NCBI RefSeq assembly: GCF_018977255.1
Contig: NW_024704743.1
Location: forward strand, 97,094,001 to 97,158,000
Reading direction: 5' to 3'
DNA length: 64,000 nt
DNA from: Callorhinchus milii
Lineage: Eukaryota
The notes beneath the pieces are model-generated. The model saw nothing but the letters and a program-made list of their open reading frames with translations, did not search any database and was not told the origin of the DNA. The translations under genes and the position numbers were made by a program. Position 1 is the first letter of the stretch. Each line of letters begins with the position of its first letter. Shown here one piece after another: positions 52,806 through 64,000 of the stretch.

Positions 52806-54333
52806 AAACACTTACTGAGCTAAAAGATAGAGCTTAGTAAGTGTTCAAACACTTTGTGCTTATAGTACCTCATTTAGATTACCCTGAAAGATAACATTCA
52901 GAATCCCAACCTGATTCAGGAGATAGAAAATGTACAATCACTCACTCTCTTAGCATCAAAATCATTTACCTATATGTGTTCCTCTGATTAATCCAACCTA
53001 CAAAGAGCTGTGGAAACCAACTTCCAAACCAAGACTGAATTTAAGAACTCTCTAAAATTCTGCACGGTCTTGAATCTTGTGACAATGACTCTCCATCTTG
53101 TGGGGGAGGAAAGCGGTTCTCCTTGGAGCTGAGCTGACTAAGCTGACCTGCTAGGCAAAGGAACATTGGAATCGAGTCAACCCTCTGTGGTGGTCTTGGT
53201 AATCTGTGTTCTCAACCACGCCAGTCCACAATACTCCAGGGCACTGCTGCAGACAGACCAGCCTGTCTGGCTCATCGGCTACCCTACAGCCAAAACCCTA
53301 ATGGTTTGTGTGGTCCTAGCTGAACAAGAAGCGGGAAAGCTTGCCTGATAGTTCTTTCAATGGAACGCTATGCAGGTTTTCGCTGGTTAAACTCCATCAG
53401 TAGCCCAAAGCAGACTCTGGGGTTCCCATGCCTTGGTTCTTGCCAACATGTGCCTAGTACTCTCCAGAATAACTACAATAAATTACATTTGTACAGCGCC
53501 TTTCACATCATTATATTCACCTCTATCAAACCTACCTCTCTGCTTAGTGTCTGGCACCATTTCTGTAAAGCACTCAAAGTTGTTATTTTACATGAATTGA
53601 CACTGTTTAAAGCATTGAAATAATCACTTTGGTGTAAGCAAGGTGCATCCCTCCAGGGAGAGTGTGGACATTCCATTCCAGACACTTACTGAGCCAAAAT
53701 ATGGAGCTCAGTAAATGTTAGACCACTTTGCGCTTATAGTACCTCATTAGATTACCCTCAAAATCTGGGTAAATTCTAAGATATGTTTTGTGAAGTAAAT
53801 TACGGATTGGCCTACACTCATTCAGAATCCCAAACTCATTCAGTTTAAAGAAAATGTACAATCACACACTCTCTTGGCATCAAAACTCTTTACTTCTGCG
53901 TATGCCTCTGATTAAGGCATTCATATAAGTAAAGGGTTTTGGTGCCAATGGACAGAAGGGAAATGTCTTTGTGTAGGAGGCATATATATGCGGTTCTCTC
54001 TGTCTGGTTTGGATATTCTTAAGCATTTTTGATCTTCTCCAGTCTCTAGTCTCCTTCTACTGTTCATCTGCTTTGCTTGGCAACCTCAGTTGGCTTCACA
54101 TTCCTTGCACCCCCACCATCGATGGCCTTCAGCCTCCATGAACCCACCCTCTGGAACACCTTTCCCCAACTCCTCCACTCACCTCCTATCACTCTTCAAA
54201 CGCCGCCAAAAATGATCTCTTTGACTGTGCTTATATTCACCTCTGTCAACCCCACCTCTCTGCTTGGTCTGGCACCATTTCTGTAACACACTCCAAGATG
54301 TCATTTTACATGAATTGACACTGTATAAGTGCA
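52806..54333. repeat. Old diverged local duplication, A-B-A'-B'
   Basis: 52806-52990 resembles 53681-53915; 53511-53613 resembles 54231-54333. Confidence 0.8.
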
Positions 54334-54699
54334 AACTACTATTGCTATACAAAAGGGCAATAGCCACATCTGAACACAATGTATGCAATTAATGCTGTAT
54401 CAGGGTGTGCTCTCATCAGTGGCCAATTTATACACAGATATAATTAACTTCAATCAGACAATAATATAAAGTGTGAAAATCAATAACCAGAAAGAACATA
54501 AGGTAATTGAAAAATAAAATGATTTCTTTCATATGAACGTGATACAATATGTTGCAATTTGCTTTGTTCACTTTGCAAACAGTGTAGATTTCCTGTAGAT
54601 TTGTGCGGCACAACCTATTTTATCCAAGTTGACATCTCTTGCATACAATGCTATGGATTCAGCATTATATGTTATGTTCTCATACAGTTATTCTACTAG

Positions 54700-54930
54700 T
54701 TTGGCTCAGTCAGTAGCACTCTCACCTCTAGGTCGGAAGGTTGTAGGTTCAAGTCCCATCTTGGGACCTGAGCTCAAAGTCTAAACTGATACTCTGCTAT
54801 TGGTGGAGTGTTGCATTATCGGGTGTGTCATCTTTCAAATTAAATGTTAAACTGAGGTCGCATTAGCTTGTTCTTCATTAAAAAAATTATACAATTCAAA
54901 TAGAAAAAGGATCTCCCCCAGGATCCTAAC
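54700..54930 (+). mobile_element. Old SacSINE1/AmnSINE-like (Deu-domain) SINE; related minus-strand fragments near 2300-2530, 28330-28630, 34290-34430, 44570-44730 and 46740-46880
   Basis: ggctcagtcagtagcactctcacctctaggtcggaaggttgtaggttcaagtccc head and ggagtgttgcattatcgggtgtgtcatctttc...gttaaactgagg body. Family name is from memory. Confidence 0.65.
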
Positions 54931-55007
54931 TAACAATGCTCTATTCACCTTAGCTTTGGCTGCCTTTGCCTGCAAATACAGAGCATTTGCAAATCATTAT
55001 GTACAAA

Positions 55008-55200
55008 TGCCTGAAACAGTGGTAGACGCCGATATGATAACAACTTTTAAGTAAATAATTATTTGCGGAGGACAAGTTTCCAGGGCTACGGGGATAGAGC
55101 GGGGGAGTGGGATTGATTTGGATAGCTCTTTTAAAAGAGCTGACACAGATATGATTGGCCGAATGGCCTCCTTCTGTACTGTACAATTCTATGATTCTAT
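55008..55200 (+). mobile_element. CR1 3' end
   Basis: Ends ggccgaatggcctccttctgtactgtacaattctatgattctat. Confidence 0.82.
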
Positions 55201-57600
55201 GATGCTGTGAATTGCAGAGTTTACAGCAATTTCCTGTTAAGTGTTTTAAGGTGTTTAATGCTATAAGCCGTGTATCAAAAACAAAAATTATTATCATCTT
55301 AACTTCAAACTTAATCTGGTTCAATAGGTATAGGGTTGGGATCTTTCAATTATTGTAAAAACTTCTGCTATTCAATCTTTACTACTTACTCCCCACACAA
55401 AGTGGCAGTATTGGATTCTGTTTAAAGGAGCAGGGAAAATGCAGATCAAAGAGCAGTGAAGATGGTGGCCGTATGTGAGAAACACTGGAATAGGCACAGC
55501 CAGTTCTACCTGATTTGAAGATTTATATAAAAAAAAGTGAAACGCAAAAATATTTAGCTTGTTGTTTGAAACCAAGTCTTTAAATTCAGCAAAAAAAAAG
55601 GAACACTTCATGTGTTTTTTTTTAAACAATCGGGAGAACTTACTTACAAAATGTAAATGTTCCTCTTTTTTAAATTTGGACACACATAATTATGTTCAAA
55701 TTCACTAAACGATACAACTGCTGAATGCTTCTAAATCAGTCTCTTTTCAATGTCCTTCTGGTTCACTAGCCCCCGGTCTTTGGAAGCTGTACTATGCTGT
55801 ATGTGATTATAGTGTGAGGCATACATTATTGTGTCGTCCACACCACCAGTTTCACTATTCAACATCATCTCGGTAATATAGTGTGAAAGGCATATATAAA
55901 TTCAAATCTGTACTGCATTGTATCTGCAGGTGTCTAACTGGTACCAATATTTATTCTTTAGGCAGCCCAGAACTGCCCACTTATTTTATACAAATAGTCC
56001 TGTGTTTCATTTTCATAGAGTCCTCTTAAATCTAAACTACTGATGCAAGTAAACAAATCCACTTAATTGGGACACAGTATATAAATAAAAGTAAGAGTCT
56101 TTAAGTGGCATCTCTGATCAGAGTCAGCACCAAACAAAAATGGCTGTTTTCCTTTTGCAGCTGTATAATCTCCATTCAATAGCTATGGGACCCCCTTGTC
56201 AGAGGTGCATCAGTAGGAGCACAACTTCCAACAGAAACGAAGAATGATTTAGGGAGATAAAAATCTAGTACTACATGAGATATTGTTCATTCTTTGATAT
56301 AATTTTACTATTGAACGGTCACCTCACACTAGTGCTGTAATGCTTTGGGACGTCCTCCCAACGTGAAAGGCGCTCAGTAAATGTAATTTTGTTGTTGTTG
56401 TTGTAATCCAAATTCTCCTTTTAATTTTTGAATAATTAGGACCAATTTTGCAATATTCACAAAAAGATGCTGATCTCTTGCCAAACACCTGGAGCCTCTT
56501 TTGATAGGAATCCAGAAAATAAAGCTACATTTTCTACACCTTAACTGAATCTAGACACTGTCTACAGTGTCGAGATCTACAGTGATTCTGGCTTACGTAT
56601 AGGTATTACTTTAAATTAATAAATGTTATTAAGTACAAGTCAATTCTTAGCAAGCACTTTTTAAATTTTATATATATTTCTAAACTACCTAAAAGTATTT
56701 TTATTTAGTGGAAAATCAATTCCAATAAAATTGCTTCTCATGTTCCCTATTGCTTCAGCCGAACAGATTTCTTGAATCCAAATTCTGAGCTCCTCAGAGC
56801 TACAACCTGCAATTCTACTGCCACCTGTTGTTACACATCAGCACTACAAGTTACTATTTGCTTCTACAGTTAAGACAGGAAATACATTTGTTGTGCAATC
56901 TCATTATCACTTTTCCAAACAAATTACTGCTTCTTCCTTCTGCTTTTGAATGATATGTACATCGCATCTGTGGGGAAATATACTGCTGCAGTGAGCATGT
57001 GATTGATACCACCAATGCCATAGGCTTTAGATTTTACTGTACGAGAACTACAGAATAACATGTAGAATAGCACTTGAAGCCATCAACATGTAGGTAGTGA
57101 GATCTGTGAATTCCAGCAGCTCAGAATCCCAATTTCACTGTTTTATCTCCATGAGTTGTACACATCCACCTGCACATATTTCTAAATGTTGCTTGAAACA
57201 CTCCCTGGCATCATGGAGAAGCACTGCAGAGGAGAGCACACAAGGCTGATCTCAAGCATTAGAGGAGTGAGTTCTAAGCAATGATTAGACAAGCTAGGGC
57301 TCTTCAGCCTTGCGAGAAAACATATCAAAGAGGACCTTATCCCTTCTCAGCCTTTTAGCTAAGGTCAAGTGTAATATCTGTTCAGTTACTCCTTGAGCTA
57401 GCACCTGCCCGAAAAGTTCTCTTGTTGAGATTTGCTTGGGAATGCTAGCACAATGTATCTCACCTACAATTAAGGGAAAGCTTGAACTCCTGGCAACAGC
57501 TATGCCTTCAGACTTCTGTTGGCCGGAATTGGGATTGCAGTACTTCCAATCTGAGGAGTTTGATCTGCCCTCACAAAGAGGAAGTGGAGATGCTGACTTC

Positions 57601-58845
57601 AACAACAATAACAACAACAAGATTACATTTGTATAGCACCTTTCACGTCAGGAGGACATCCCATGGCGCTGGACAGAGTACAGCATTTCAGACACAAGCT
57701 GGGGTTGGGGGGGGAAGGGGGGTGGCCAATGGTATGGTCAAAGAGGAAGGTCTTGAGGCGGGACTTGAAGGAGGCTAAGGAGGGGGCGAGGCGGAGCGAC
57801 TGGGGGATGGAATTCCAGAGGTTGGGGGCAGAGTGGCTCAAGATTCTCCCGCCAAAAATGGGGCGGGTGTTTCGGGGGACATGGAGCAGGTCAGAGCCGG
57901 CTAAGCGGAGGGAGTGGGCGGGTTGGTAGGGGGTTAGGAGGTCGCAGAGGTAGGGTGGGGCGAGGCCATGGAGGGCTTTGTATGTGAGGACCAGGATCTT
58001 GAACTGGATCCTCTGAATGATAGGGAGCCAATGGAGTCGGGGGAGATGGGGTTATGGAGTTTGGTGCGGGCGAGGACACGGGCTGCAGAGTTCTGGATTA
58101 TCTGCAGTCTGTGGAGGGAGGAGTTGGGAAGGCCGACAAGCAGGACATTTGCATAGTCGAGCCTGGAGGTGTTGAAGGCATGAACAAGGGTTTCAGCGGC
58201 CTGAGGGGTGAGGTAGTGGCGGAGTCGGGCGATGTTATGGAGGTGAGAGAAGGCAGAGCGGGTCATGGCTTAAATGTGGGGAAGAAAGGACAGTTGAGGG
58301 TTGAACAAGACACCTGGGTTTCTGACTGACTTGGTGAGTTGTAGTGTGCAACTATGGAGGTTGATGTTGCCAGAGCCTGAGGTGCTGAGGCGGTGGCGCG
58401 AGTCAATCAGGAGGGCCTCAGTTTTGTTCACATTCAACTGTAGGAAATTTGCCCTCATCCAGGACTTGATGTCCGACAGGCAGTCTGTCAGGACAGCAGT
58501 GGTCCTGGAGTTGAGGGAGAAGGCAGAAAGATAGAGTTGGGTGTCATCCACATACATATGGAAGTTGACCCCATGTCTGCGGATGATGTCACCAAGGGGG
58601 GAGCATGTAGATATTAAAGAGGAGAGGGCCAAGGACAGAGCCCTGGGGGTCAGTGTGGGGACTGGAGGAGAAACCGTTAGAGGCAATAAAGTGGAGACAG
58701 TGAGAGAGATAGGACTCGAACCAGGCAAAGGCAGGTCCGTGAAGATTGAGTAAAGCGGAGAGGCGGTGTATGAGGATGGAATGGTCGACAGTGTCGAAGG
58801 CGGCAGAGAGGCCGAGGAGGACAAGGAGGCAGAGGGAGCCCTGAA
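57601..58845 (-). mobile_element. L2 LINE 3' portion
   Basis: FHMYVDDTQLY, NFLQLNVNKTE and HAFNTSRLDYAN, with a (CAA)n tail at 57601. Confidence 0.92.
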
Positions 58846-59029
58846 AACATTCAATTTAAACCTGCAAAACGTGCTTTTTTCTCTGAAAACCATTTCTTGC
58901 ACAATTTCCAAAGCACTGATCTAAACTGGTCACTCTGCTACCCCCACAGGAGCAACACACAACATTGGGCTACTTTGGGGCTAGTATTTGGAGGACTTTG
59001 GGCTACAAAAGGATTGTGATTTCTTGCAA

Positions 59030-59650
59030 ACCCCGCCCACAGGGTGATGTCATTGGTGGGAGGAGCGGAGGCCGCGGGATTGGCTGCTCTGCAGAGTGAC
59101 GTGAGGCCGGTGACGGTTGAGCCGGAGTGACGTAGCGCGGGCTCGCGGGGCCGGTGGCGGTTAGAGCCGGAGTGACGTAGCGCGGGCTCGCGGGGCCGGT
59201 GGCGGTTAGAGCCGGAGTGACGTAGCGCGGGCTCGCGGGGCCGGTGGCGGTTAGGGACGGAGTGACGTGGCGCGGGCTCGCGGGGCCGGTGGCGGTTAGA
59301 GCCGGAGTGACGTAGCGCGGGCTCGCGGGGCCGGTGGCGGTTTGGGACGGAGTGACGTGGCGCGGGCTCGCGGGGCCGGTGGCGGTTAGAGCCGGAGTGA
59401 CGTAGCGCGGGCTCGCGGGGCCGGTGGCGGTTAGGGACGGAGTGACGTGGCGCGGGCTCGCGGGGCCGGTGGCGGTTAGAGCCGGAGTGAGAGTCCAGGC
59501 CGAGAGCATCTGATGACCAAATGCGGTTGACGGGAGCCGAGCTCTGCCTCTCGCCGCTCCTCTGCGCTTTTTATTTCACCAACAAGGTGAGGCGGCAGGA
59601 GCCCGAGTCCAGCAAACGTTTCACCTCGCGCCTTCCCTCTCCTCGGGTCA
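59030..59650. promoter_or_regulatory. CpG-island promoter of an unidentified gene, with candidate first-exon donor at 59587
   Basis: Only strongly CpG-dense segment of the window. GC box CCCCGCCC 59031-59038, inverted CCAAT boxes at 59052 and 59079, TGATGTCA/TGACGT motifs, and AAG|GTGAGG donor at 59587. Confidence 0.7.
59121..59490. repeat. 45-bp CpG-rich tandem repeat, 8 full units plus a partial unit
   Basis: Unit GCCGGAGTGACGTAGCGCGGGCTCGCGGGGCCGGTGGCGGTTAGA starts at 59121, 59166, 59211, 59256, 59301, 59346, 59391 and 59436. Variant units begin GACGGAGTGACGTGG. Confidence 0.97.
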
Positions 59651-59880
59651 AACCGCCATCTCTTCTCAAACAAATGGTCCGAGGGAGAAATTCCACCAAA
59701 GTCCAGACGTTAAAGTCTTTCCCAGATCTCCTCAGTTTTACCCTCCAGGCTCCAGATCTCCCTCCACAGGCTGTGGAGCCCATTACCTTCCATCCTTACC
59801 AGGCTCCACTGGCTCACTAGACCCCAGTGGATCAACGTTAGACTACCCCCCCCCCCCCCCCCACCTCCAGCTTGCTTTGA

Positions 59881-60453
59881 AATAATAATAATAATAATAA
59901 TAATAATCCTTGCGTATGATATAGCGCCTGATCACATCCTCGAGACGTCTCAAAGCGCTTCACAGAATATTCTGCAAAGTGAATTGACCGTATATTTGGG
60001 GGTGAAACGCGGCAGCCGATTGCGCACAGCAGCGTCCCACAGAACAGTCGTGGATTGAATTGGAAGTGACCCAAATTATTATTTGGTGAATTGGCCCGAC
60101 CCTCTCCATTCTGAAAGGTCCTGTGTGTAATAATAAATAATAATAATAATCCTTGCATTTGATATAGCGCTTTTCACGTCTTCTAGACGTCTCAAAGCGC
60201 TTCACACAATAGACTGTAAAGTGAATTGACTTTGTATTTGTGGGTGAAACGCGGCGGCCAATTGCGCACAGCAGTGTCCCACAAACAGTCGGGGATTGAA
60301 CTGACCAATTTATTATTGTTTTTCTCTTCGTGAGGGATTATCATCAGACATGTGGAGTATGGAAACTTTCCCAAGGTTTCGCCCTGCCAGGAATCAAACC
60401 CAGGTCTCTTGCTTGTGAGGCGCGTGCTCTAACCACTGAGCTACAGGACTCCA
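59881..60453 (-). mobile_element. Two adjacent SINEs (partial 59881-60085; full 60129-60453)
   Basis: Two (AAT)n tails and two bodies; the first copy retains many CpGs. Confidence 0.9.
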
Positions 60454-60645
60454 CAAATTGTAATTTGTAATTGTAATTGCTGAGCCTGACAAGATGCCTC
60501 CCCACCCTTCCTCTCCAATCTCATGAGGTCTTACATTGCTGTCTATAAACTTATCCTTGACAGTGCTTTTGGCCATTGATTCCATCCTCAAATAATGTGT
60601 GGCTCCAAATTAAGACTGTTAAAGAATTTGTCAAATAATTCTGCA

Positions 60646-61370
60646 TGCTCTGTGTCAGTAGTAGGACTCTTGCAGAAGGTTGTGGGTTCAAGCCCCACAT
60701 GTAATCACATAGTCTAAGCTGACACTCCGATGCAGGAGAAAGCCTTGGGTTTGATTCCCGGCAGGGCAAAACATAGGGCAAATTTCCTCACTCCACACCC
60801 CTCTGTTCACCAAGCTGGAAGTAGGAACCCAGTTGTTAGACGGTTGGTAGATCGCTTTTCCGGGGGTAATAATCCCTTCCAAAAATATAAATAAATAAAT
60901 AATTTGGACACTCAGTCCACGACTGTTTGTTGGACACTGCTGGGGAAAATTGGCTGCCCTGTTTCGCTCCCAAAATGTACAGTTAATTCACTTCGCAGTG
61001 CGTTCTGTGAAGTGCTTTGAGATGTCTCAAAGACGTGATAGGGCGCTATATCAAATGCAAGGATTATTATTGTCGGAGATGTTGTCCTTCAGTTGAAACA
61101 TTAAACGAACCTGATTTGCGTGTTCAGATAGATGTTAAAGATCCCATGGCACTATTTGAAAAGGGAAGGATGGTTTTCCTGGTGTCCTGGCCAATAATGC
61201 CCTAAATAAAAATTGTTCATTCACTTCATGGCTGCTTGTGGGACATTGCTGTGCACAAAATTGCCACTGTCCACAAAACACAGATTCACTACACTTTACA
61301 ATATATCAGGTGAAGAGCTTTGGGATGTCCTGACTTGAAAGGCACTCTTACTAAATGTAAGGATTATTAT
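60646..61370 (+). mobile_element. Old SacSINE1/AmnSINE-like (Deu-domain) SINE with a long-variant SINE (60744-61070) nested inside it
   Basis: gaaggttgtgggttcaagccccac...gctgacactccgatgcag is interrupted and resumes tgtcggagatgttgtccttcag...gatgttaaagatcccatggcactattt. Confidence 0.72.
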
Positions 61371-62109
61371 TATGTTTTCAAATGCCAAGAAAATAGTGTA
61401 TCATGATCCAAGTGGAATTTCTCCCCAATACTTAAACAAAGAGCGCAAGAAACCACAGGCCAGAAATTGCATCTAGTATTGGTCTACAAGACCATTTTGT
61501 CTTAAAATCAAAATTGTGAAAACATTTTAAATTCTGCCATCATGTGGAAATTGGTTCTATAAGAACAGCTTCTGAATTATGATTGAAGAATTTTGCACTA
61601 TTCTGTTTGAAGATAAAATGATGTTGCAGGTCATATGTGGATTTCAGGCCGCCCTTTACATGTCAGGGGAAGGGGGCAGACAGGGCAGAGGCTTGGTATA
61701 AGATTGATTATGTTGCTGTTATAAGCAGTGTGGCTCCCATATTTGAGGTCTTTATTGCTAAGGTATTTTTCTAAAAAAAATCCAATCTGACTGAAGTATC
61801 AATGGTGCTGGTGATTTTAAGTAATATATCGGGGGATGGAAAAGGATTCTGCTCCAATTGCTCAGTGTAGTGAATATTCTGCTATGTGCTTATAATTACC
61901 TAATATTGTACACATTTACAGGGTGATGCTGTATGTAGCACAGTTAAACTTGCATAAGTCTTGTCTTTATAAATTATATAATCACCTAAGACGTACACGC
62001 AAATTACTCACATTCATTTTCCTATCAACGCCACTTATATTTATTTGCACGAGTCGTATTCATAAGCTCCTAACTCATAGCGATGCTCCCCTTACCCTTC
62101 AAAATTCCT

Positions 62110-62375
62110 GCGCTTCCCAGCTGTAATGAATTGCAGGAAATGTCATCCTGACCCGTTGACGCATGCACACTTACCAGCTGGCTACATTAAATTGTGGGAA
62201 ATGTAGTCTTGATCCATCGACATGCACGCAGAAGAACTTAATTTCCCGCAATTCTATGTGATTCCAATGCTTGACGATAAGTGCTCATGCGACGATGGAT
62301 CACGCATTGAATCGTGGGAAACACAGTCTTAACCCATCACCGCATGCGCACTTACCGGCTGCATTGAATTATGCA
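62110..62375. repeat. Degenerate ~58-bp repeat cluster with direct copies and one inverted copy
   Basis: Recurrent cacttaccagct..gaattgtgggaaatgtagtcttgacccatcgacgcatgc; inverted copy at about 62234-62302. Confidence 0.65.
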
Positions 62376-62763
62376 TTCTTAGTGTAGATTATTGATTAAA
62401 TCGGATTTTATAGAGTTTGCCTGCAACTCAGACTAAATGTTGCATATTAAATGTTTTGATCCTGACTGGTGCAACTTATGTGAGTTTCACTGTGGTACAC
62501 TTAGAATGCTTATAGTGGGATTTCTGGTTATAAGTGATTATTGCCCTAAATGTACTCCTGTGTGAAGCACTACCCCGTATGTAGAATTTACTTCTATTGT
62601 ATATTAAAAATGTCATTTATAAACCTACAGTAAAGCAATTTTGAAGAACAGAGTGACAAATTCACCAACCCTACTGAACAAAGTACAATAACTCTGAACC
62701 CACAACTATGGATCCACTATGTTGAGTAATCATAATAGAATAACCCAAATGAATATTATCCAT

Positions 62764-62908
62764 AAACAAAAACAGAAGTCGCTGGGAATACTCAGCAGGT
62801 CAGGCAGCATCTATGGAGACAGAAAAGTGAGTCAACGTTTCGGGTCAATGACCCTTCGTCAGAACTCAACTGTTTTCAGATTTCGAGCATCTGCAATATT
62901 TTGCGTTT
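62764..62908 (-). mobile_element. Short Penelope-like insertion with an internal inversion and a 14-bp target-site duplication
   Basis: Homologous to 30164-30297. The tail part (ttcagatttcgagcatctgcaatatttt) is inverted relative to the ribozyme part. Flanked by TGAATATTATCCAT at 62750-62763 and 62909-62922. Confidence 0.7.
62828..62868 (-). ncRNA. Minimal hammerhead-ribozyme motif in a Penelope-like repeat fragment
   Basis: Minus strand reads TGAGTT-CTGACGA-A-GGGTC-att-GACCC-GAAA-CGTT-GACTCA. Stem I TGAGTT/GACTCA pairs fully (one G-U). Confidence 0.78.
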
Positions 62909-62964
62909 TGAATATTATCCATGTTCCTGGCGTTTGTTCTCAATTGATCAGTCGATTACAGGAA

Positions 62965-63340
62965 CTCCCTCCTCATCGGCCTTCCCAACTTTTCCCTTCA
63001 CAAGCTGCAGATCATCCAAAACTCTGCAGCTCGTGTACTCTCAAGCACCAGGCTCCGCGACCCCATCACTCCCACCCTCGCCCGACTCCACTGGCTCTCC
63101 ATCCCACAGAGGATCGAGTTCAAGATCCTTGTCCTCACCTTTAAGGCCATCCATGGCCTTGCCCCTCCTACCTCTCTGACCTGCTGACTCCCTACCAACC
63201 GGCCCGCTCCCTCCGTTCATCAGGCTCCGGCCTGCTCCATGTCTCCCGGCCGACCCGCCCTACCATCGATGTTGACTGTTCAGTGCTTTGGGATGTCCTC
63301 CTGATGTGAAAGGCACTCTATAAATGTAATTTTGTTGTTG
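62965..63340 (+). mobile_element. L2 3' fragment
   Basis: Closely matches 49410-49700, with an internal deletion and the L2 tail. Confidence 0.88.
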
Positions 63341-63719
63341 TAATATAAGGTGAAAGAGGGTAGAAGAGGAAATGGAATGCTGGCTTTATTTCTAAAATAT
63401 ACTCTTTGATGCTTTGATATATGTAATACTGTGACTGAAGTCTCCATATCATTAGGCAAAGAAATAACTGGAAAAGAACCGTTGCTTCTACATTATTTTA
63501 ACTATCAGAATCCATTTCGTATTTTACACATTTCAGAACAAGCTGCTTAAAATCTAAATTTTCATTTCCAAAACGGAGTGGGTGGTGTGCTTTTAAAACA
63601 ATACGTACTGACCATATTGGGTATTGATGATCAACTTTGGAATACTTTTGACTTGCAGAGGTTATGGTGAGTTTGGGCACAATTGTTTATTAACCTCATT
63701 GATCATAGTGTACTCAGAC

Positions 63720-63960
63720 CTCCCTACCTCTCTGACTTGCTTAACCCACAACCCGCTGCTTCCGCTTGACTGGCTCAGGCCTTCTGCATGTCCCCCATGC
63801 CCTCTGTTCTATCATTGGTGGCCGTACTTTCAGCCACTATGCCCTGAAACTCTGGAACACTCTTCCTCTATCCTTCTGCCTTGCCCCTTTCACATTTTCA
63901 GGTCGCGCTTGAAGACCTTCCTATTCAACCGTGCCTACAGGCACCTCCTGCCTAACAGTC
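63720..63960 (+). mobile_element. Old L2 3' fragment
   Basis: ggtggccgtactttcagccactatgccctgaaactctggaacac, as in other L2 copies. Confidence 0.72.
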
Positions 63961-64000
63961 TCTCCAAATTCAGTGTTCTATCAATTAATTTTTTTGCATG

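Noticed and set aside
59003..59509. 168-aa ORF of TATGPASPR repeats, or a CRISPR-like array
   Set aside because: The ORF results from a GC-rich 45-bp unit (a multiple of 3) lacking stops. There are no unique spacers or cas genes, and the DNA is vertebrate.
59521..59586. Naming the downstream gene (e.g. MTDH by amniote synteny)
   Set aside because: The short frame MRLTGAELCLSPLLCAFYFTNK does not resemble the MTDH N-terminus as I recall it, and no further exon is identifiable in the window.
59846..59863. Poly-C run
   Set aside because: Simple homopolymer with no supporting context.

Overview
Vertebrate genomic DNA. The repeat content points to a cartilaginous fish; this is inferred, not proven. 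Positions 1-28.1 kb hold the last three coding exons and 3' end of carboxypeptidase Q (CPQ/PGCP, M28 metallopeptidase, + strand). The rest is repeat-rich intergenic sequence with one CpG-island promoter at about 59.0-59.65 kb. Nearly all long ORFs in the track come from L2 or CR1 LINEs or from a tRNA-derived SINE that shares the L2 3' tail. Highlights: (1) two minimal hammerhead-ribozyme motifs of Penelope-like-element type, one with a 14-bp target-site duplication; (2) a 45-bp CpG-rich promoter tandem array (8 units, 90-bp higher-order structure) that multimerises CRE-like and MYB-like motifs; (3) an L2 insertion with a fold-back arm that also copies 15 bp of flanking DNA; (4) a 158-bp tandem duplication with a templated 22-bp palindrome at the junction; (5) a near full-length CR1 and several nested insertions; (6) a pre-miRNA-like intronic hairpin and weak signs of a spliced minus-strand transcript. 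Repeat boundaries are estimates by eye.
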